Below, piece by piece: positions 36,264-40,594 of a DNA stretch of 40,594 nucleotides (position 1 is its first letter; each line of letters opens with the position of its first letter). The notes beneath the pieces were generated by a model that worked only from the letters and a program-made list of their open reading frames with translations, was not told the origin of the DNA and ran no database searches. The stretch is from Hydrurus foetidus (taxonomy: Eukaryota). The position numbers and the translations under genes are program-made. Where the stretch lies: NCBI GenBank assembly GCA_900617105.1, contig UYFQ01000795.1:1-40594 (forward strand), in the 5' to 3' direction.

Positions 36264-37524
36264 ATGTCACCAAAATTAAGTTTTATGCAATCTCACACGC
36301 CTTCAACATATCGTCCTGACATCGCAGGAATTATTCATACCATGATCGAAATCGTTCTTCTCGTGCGAAGAGCGCAACGGGCGAGAAGACACGCGAAATT
36401 CTTAGTCGCTTTGGGGTTGTTGCTGAAAGTGAGGATGTACATGAGAGACAGGCACTTTCTGAGATCCACCGCACTTCTTCCAACCGTGATGAGATCGCCC
36501 TGGTATACTCTATATGCTGAAGGACGCGACTCAGATCTTATAGCAACCATCTCCCTTACAAGAGCTAGCTTCGATTTATTGCTCTCAAAGTTCAAACTAT
36601 TTTACAAATTCAAATCAGGTCCAAGCAAGTCCGGCCGACCACCACGAGTTCGAGATCATCATTGTGTCTTATCTCTTCTGCTACATTCTTACTGTAGCCC
36701 TGCGGATAGGAAAACATGGTGTGAGTTGTTTGGGATAGCACCATCAACGCTCAGCAGAACGTTAATCAAGGCTGAAATAGCTCTGTTAGAAACCCTCAAT
36801 GCGACCAAAGAAGCAGAGATTCGCTGGCCTAGCAAAAAGGATCAAATACGAATGGCGTTGTTAGTTGAAAAGAAGGTGAGTTATCATTAAATTTGGAGTA
36901 GAATTTTAATTGCAAAGCAGCTATTAATGTCATCGTATTGCAATGTAGGAGCCTCTCGTGAAAGGTAGATGGGGATTTATAGATGGGAAAAACTACCGTG
37001 TTCAGGAGCCATCAAACTCTACAATACAGAATTGCATGTACAATGGCTGGCTGCATACTACTTACATCACTGGTACAGCGTGTTTCTCTGTAGATGGGGT
37101 CATAATATGGGCGAAATTAAATTTTTTCGGAAGTTTTAATGATGGGGAAATAAGCAGAGCATTCCGTGAGAAATTAATCGATTCAGTAAGAAATGTGGAC
37201 GGACATGGTGTGCTTTCCGACTCTGCATTTCCAGTAGCTAATGATATGTTCGGCAGAATAATAACACCGCTGAAGGACGGAGATATAGAGAGAGCCCACC
37301 GTGACGCAAGGCCAGCGCTACTTCGTCTTTCCGCTGCGATAACATCAATGCGTCAATCAGCTGAATGGGGGATGGGTGCTGTGAGTAAAGTATACCGTAT
37401 ACTACTTTTAAAGCTTACACACAATCAGAAGAATAGGGCTAGACTTTTGATTGTCACACATAAGCTTTACAACTATAGGGTTCGTACGACAGGCATAAGT
37501 CAAATAAAGAATTATTTCAATTGA
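36264..37524 (+). CDS. Harbinger-type DDE transposase (DDE_Tnp_4/HARBI1-like); exons 36264(or 36342)-36875 and 36949-37524
   Basis: HTH ELFGIAPSTLSR; spliced EKK|EPLVKGRWGFIDGKNYRVQEP; YNGWLH; SFNDG; LSDSAF; RQSAEWGMG (catalytic D-D-E); GT-AG intron in phase. Confidence 0.88.
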
Positions 37525-37658
37525 AACTTCCAATTCTTTGTTCATTCTGAAAAGGAGCTTTTTTCTTACCGAAACAAAAAAATCCGTATTCTGTACATCA
37601 AAATAATTCATATTTCTGTAATAATTAAATTCATGAAAAGTAAAGGATTCGTATTTTT

Positions 37659-37847
37659 TTATCTCTTCGCCATGTACTCCATTCTTTCTCTCTCCATTTT
37701 TTCGCGCCTTTCCTCTCTCTTTCCCTCTTCACGCCTTATCTTCTCTTTCCTGTCTCTCGCCTCTCTTTCCTCCTTTGATCTTTTGCTGACTTTATCCACT
37801 TTGCCTGACTGCGGCTTCTCTGACTGAAATTTATCATCATCATAATT
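37659..37847 (-). CDS. 3' fragment of probable Harbinger accessory gene (Glu/Arg coiled-coil tail)
   Basis: SKEEREARDRKEKIRREEGKREERREKMERERMEYMAKR*, convergent with the transposase and cut at the putative LTR edge. Confidence 0.5.
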   Translation of the reverse strand, partial: NYDDDKFQSEKPQSGKVDKVSKRSKEEREARDRKEKIRREEGKREERREKMERERMEYMAKR

Positions 37848-38327
37848 TGTCACCCGACTGTTGTTCAGACCCAGTCCAACGAGTCTACTCCTTCGCAACT
37901 GTTTCACTGTATTGAGGATTCGGTGAACGCTCGCGAACAGTAGCTGACATATTACGTAGTTGCTCTTCAGTAAGTCCAGTTCTGAGTGTTGTAGTTGGTG
38001 CTCTTGGAGCTGGCGTAGATGTCGCCTTGGGAGTAGTTGCTGACCGCTTCGGAAGAGGTGGTCGTGATCCTGCAGGAGTAGATCTAAATCCTGTCGTACC
38101 CAACGTTTCCCGACGTACTCTTGTGACCTTGGAAGGCAAAAGAGAAGGGAAGCTAAAGGCTAAAGGAGCTAATTAGTTAGGGATGCAAACAGAAGGTACG
38201 CTAGTAACTTCTGCAAAGCAGCACAAACTAGCTAGTGACTGATAGTCGTGGCTGTGAACACGAAGGTACTAAGGTGGAAACAGCATCTAATCGGCTGAAT
38301 GGGGTAGCAGACCCTGAGGGAGCCACA
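37848..38327 (-). repeat. Putative 3' LTR of gypsy element 2 (~480 bp)
   Basis: On the minus strand it begins TGTGG after a long purine tract (GAGAGAGGAGAAGGAGAGAGATAAGAAGGGAG) and plausibly ends GTGACA. The end is inferred because no second copy is in the window. Confidence 0.55.
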
Positions 38328-38683
38328 CTACTACTACTCCCTTCTTATCTCTCTCCTTCTCCTCTCTCTTTGGTGAGTCTCTAGCTACAATGTGTAACAA
38401 AACAAATATGACTCCATGTGAGAAAGAAACAAGCTGAAAAAGGTAATGAAAAAGAATACAAAAAAAAAAAAAATAAAAAAATCGAGAAATATAAATACAG
38501 ATATTTGTACATGTGAGAGATGGGGGAAGTGAGAAACGAGAGTGCCTAGATGTGTTGTAACTAAGTGTTCCCCTACACATTTATGTCAGATTTTTACTGA
38601 CTAAACCTCCTGAAAAGCAACGTAACGTTGTAAAAATGAGGAGGAATCTTCAAAAGATAATGTGTAGGTCGTTCCTGGGGAAC

Positions 38684-40594
38684 TTACTTTTCTGTCGGAA
38701 TTATTTTCGACATGCCGTGAAGGCGTAGATATGTGTGAAGAGCGTCTGTAAGACGAAGATTCTTCCACGACTCCCACGTATTGTGCGAGTCATCAAAGTC
38801 AGTCCATTTGACTAAAAACCGCATTTGGGTTTTGCGCCTGGAATTGCCTTGGTGCTGAAGAATGGAATCAATAAAGAATTCCATATAATCGCGGCGTGAT
38901 ACATCAGCCGGATCCGTATGTTTCGGATTGAAAACAAATTGTTTAAGATTACTAATATGAAGATGTTTATGTTTCTTCGTAGTTATATCTAACAACGTAT
39001 AATCAGAGTTGTGAATCGATATCACTTGAAACGGTCCTCGCCACAACGTGTGTAACCGTGTGGGCGGTTGTGTGGTGTATCTAGCCAACACATATGAACC
39101 GACGGGAAAAATCGTTATATCCTGTGGACTTGTGGCAACATGAGCCGCGTCCATTGTGCGCAAAGCAGTTTGTGCTTGGGCAATCAGGGTATCCTGGATG
39201 TGATACATCTCACAGACCACTTTCGATGCGGAAGTTTCCACTTCCGGTAATTGTGGGAATGGTGAAAGTATGCCCGAATCAAGATTGATTTGGTTACCAA
39301 ACAATAAACTTGCTGGGGAGGCATTGGTACTGCTGTGAATTGAAGAATTCAAAATGCGCTGTACAAACGGTAAGCAGTTTTTATACTGGTACACGTCGTT
39401 TGTATCATACAGGAACGAACGTAAGTACCGGTTAATTTCTTTATTAACTCGTTCAACTATAGCATTCTCTTGTTTAGAGTATGCTAGTGTCAAGTTGTGG
39501 GGCGTACCCGTTGACACGAGGAATTGTTTGATCAATTCGTTAGCAAAATGCGAACCCCGATCAGATCTGATCATTTGGGGTGCACCGTATCTTCCAAAGT
39601 GTTGGAGAAGGCAATCGGTAGCCGATTTGGCCGTATTATCGGCACACCAAAATAGTTCTGTCCATCGTGTAAAAGCACAGATGATGACAAGAACGTAGGA
39701 GGCATCGGGGAAGGGTCCGATGAAATCGATGTTCAATACATGGAACGGTTTGTACGCAGAAGTAACGTACTTGTGTACACGTATCGGTACGCGTGTCGCG
39801 TTCATCTTCTGGCAGCATGCACATTGTTGTATAAACAAGTGGGTGTGCTGAACCATGTGTTCCCACTGAATGGGTAAGCTTATAAGCTTTTCTACGGTGC
39901 GTTTAACGCCCCCGTGTCCAACAAACTTGTTGTGGCACATGTTGAGTGCGTCGCGCTGCGTATCAGTCATTTCTGGGATGACCTTGAGGGCGCCGCAAAA
40001 CGGGCCCGGTAAGTTATCCGGTTCTGTGCCAGTGGTGGCTGGTTGAACCTTGATGACAAGGTCGTTGAGATTAGCACAGAGGCGAGACATAGCGTCCGCT
40101 ACCGTGTTCTCAGACCCTCGCACGTATGCGATTGTGTAATCGAGCTCTTGTAGAGCCATAGACCATCTCCCTACCATCGAGTTCGGGGAGGATTTCATGT
40201 ATGTCAGATTTTTATGATCTGTGTGAATCGTAAACTTGCGATCACGTAATAGTGGATCAAGTTTTGTACAACACAAGTAGATAGCATAAGCTTCTTTTTG
40301 GATTGTTGACCAGTTCAACTGTGAGAAGGTGAGTGACTTACTCACAAATGAAATGGGTTTCATCTCATCTCCAACTTTTTGGAACAATACACCGCCTACA
40401 CCATAATCAGATGCGTCGGTGTATAAATGTATTGGTGATACATTATCAATGAAGTGCATTAGGGGGCATTGAGAGATTGCCTGCCTAATGTCTTGAAACG
40501 CTTTAATGGTTTCAGCATTCCAAGTTACTCTGGAATGTTTATGAGTTGTAGACACCGTCATTTTATGTAACGGTGCTACTATGTTGGAGTAATT
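38684..40594 (-). CDS. pol: Gypsy pol C-terminal part (RNase H, integrase, chromodomain), uninterrupted
   Basis: LYTDASDYGVG, WSTIQKEAYAI, IDFIGP, RSDRGSHF, PPTRLHTLWRGPF, FLVKWTDFDDSHNTWESWKNL. Clearly paralogous to, but divergent from, 2347-4850. Confidence 0.95.
   Translation of the reverse strand, partial: NYSNIVAPLHKMTVSTTHKHSRVTWNAETIKAFQDIRQAISQCPLMHFIDNVSPIHLYTDASDYGVGGVLFQKVGDEMKPISFVSKSLTFSQLNWSTIQKEAYAIYLCCTKLDPLLRDRKFTIHTDHKNLTYMKSSPNSMVGRWSMALQELDYTIAYVRGSENTVADAMSRLCANLNDLVIKVQPATTGTEPDNLPGPFCGALKVIPEMTDTQRDALNMCHNKFVGHGGVKRTVEKLISLPIQWEHMVQHTHLFIQQCACCQKMNATRVPIRVHKYVTSAYKPFHVLNIDFIGPFPDASYVLVIICAFTRWTELFWCADNTAKSATDCLLQHFGRYGAPQMIRSDRGSHFANELIKQFLVSTGTPHNLTLAYSKQENAIVERVNKEINRYLRSFLYDTNDVYQYKNCLPFVQRILNSSIHSSTNASPASLLFGNQINLDSGILSPFPQLPEVETSASKVVCEMYHIQDTLIAQAQTALRTMDAAHVATSPQDITIFPVGSYVLARYTTQPPTRLHTLWRGPFQVISIHNSDYTLLDITTKKHKHLHISNLKQFVFNPKHTDPADVSRRDYMEFFIDSILQHQGNSRRKTQMRFLVKWTDFDDSHNTWESWKNLRLTDALHTYLRLHGMSKIIPTEK

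Larger units (their letters stand above)
36122..37847 (+). mobile_element. PIF/Harbinger-like DNA transposon (left part), apparently interrupted by gypsy element 2
   Basis: TAA followed by GGCTGTTTGG at 36119-36131 resembles PIF/Tourist TSD plus TIR. It contains a DDE transposase and a convergent coiled-coil ORF end. The right TIR is not in the window. Confidence 0.65.
37848..40594 (-). mobile_element. Second Ty3/gypsy chromovirus-type element (3' half), running off the window
   Basis: RNase H-integrase-chromodomain ORF, 3' UTR motifs shared with element 1, PPT and LTR. Confidence 0.92.

Noticed and set aside
37885..38139. Pro/Thr-rich 84-aa ORF that could be a gag N-terminus
   Set aside because: Lies within the putative 3' LTR, has a non-ATG start and an early stop, and shows no gag motif.

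Overview
This is eukaryotic, intron-containing DNA in the standard code. It is most consistent with a stramenopile (probably an ochrophyte), judged from the mitochondrial urea-cycle-type CPS and a diatom CoDi-like copia element. Host genes: a multi-exon SOS1/NHX7-like Na+/H+ antiporter, a SNF2-RING (RAD5/SHPRH/IRC20-type) helicase-E3 ligase, a mitochondrial glutamine-dependent carbamoyl-phosphate synthetase (CPS III type), prefoldin subunit 2, and two small unknown proteins, one with a decayed tandem copy. Mobile DNA: two chromodomain-bearing Ty3/gypsy elements at the window ends, and a complete, apparently very young Ty1/copia element (apparently identical 353-bp LTRs, CATTA target duplication). 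There is also a PIF/Harbinger element apparently interrupted by the second gypsy, and an old copia RT remnant. The most notable observation is that the copia element has no tRNA-3'-end primer-binding site. Its PBS is instead a perfect 11-nt complement of a sequence inside its own LTR, with the geometry of Tf1-type self-priming, and it overlaps a hairpin that sequesters the gag AUG. Other highlights are identical 17- and 25-nt 3'-UTR motifs shared by two divergent gypsy elements, and ~200-bp inverted repeats bracketing the SNF2-RING gene. All exon boundaries and alignments were read by eye.
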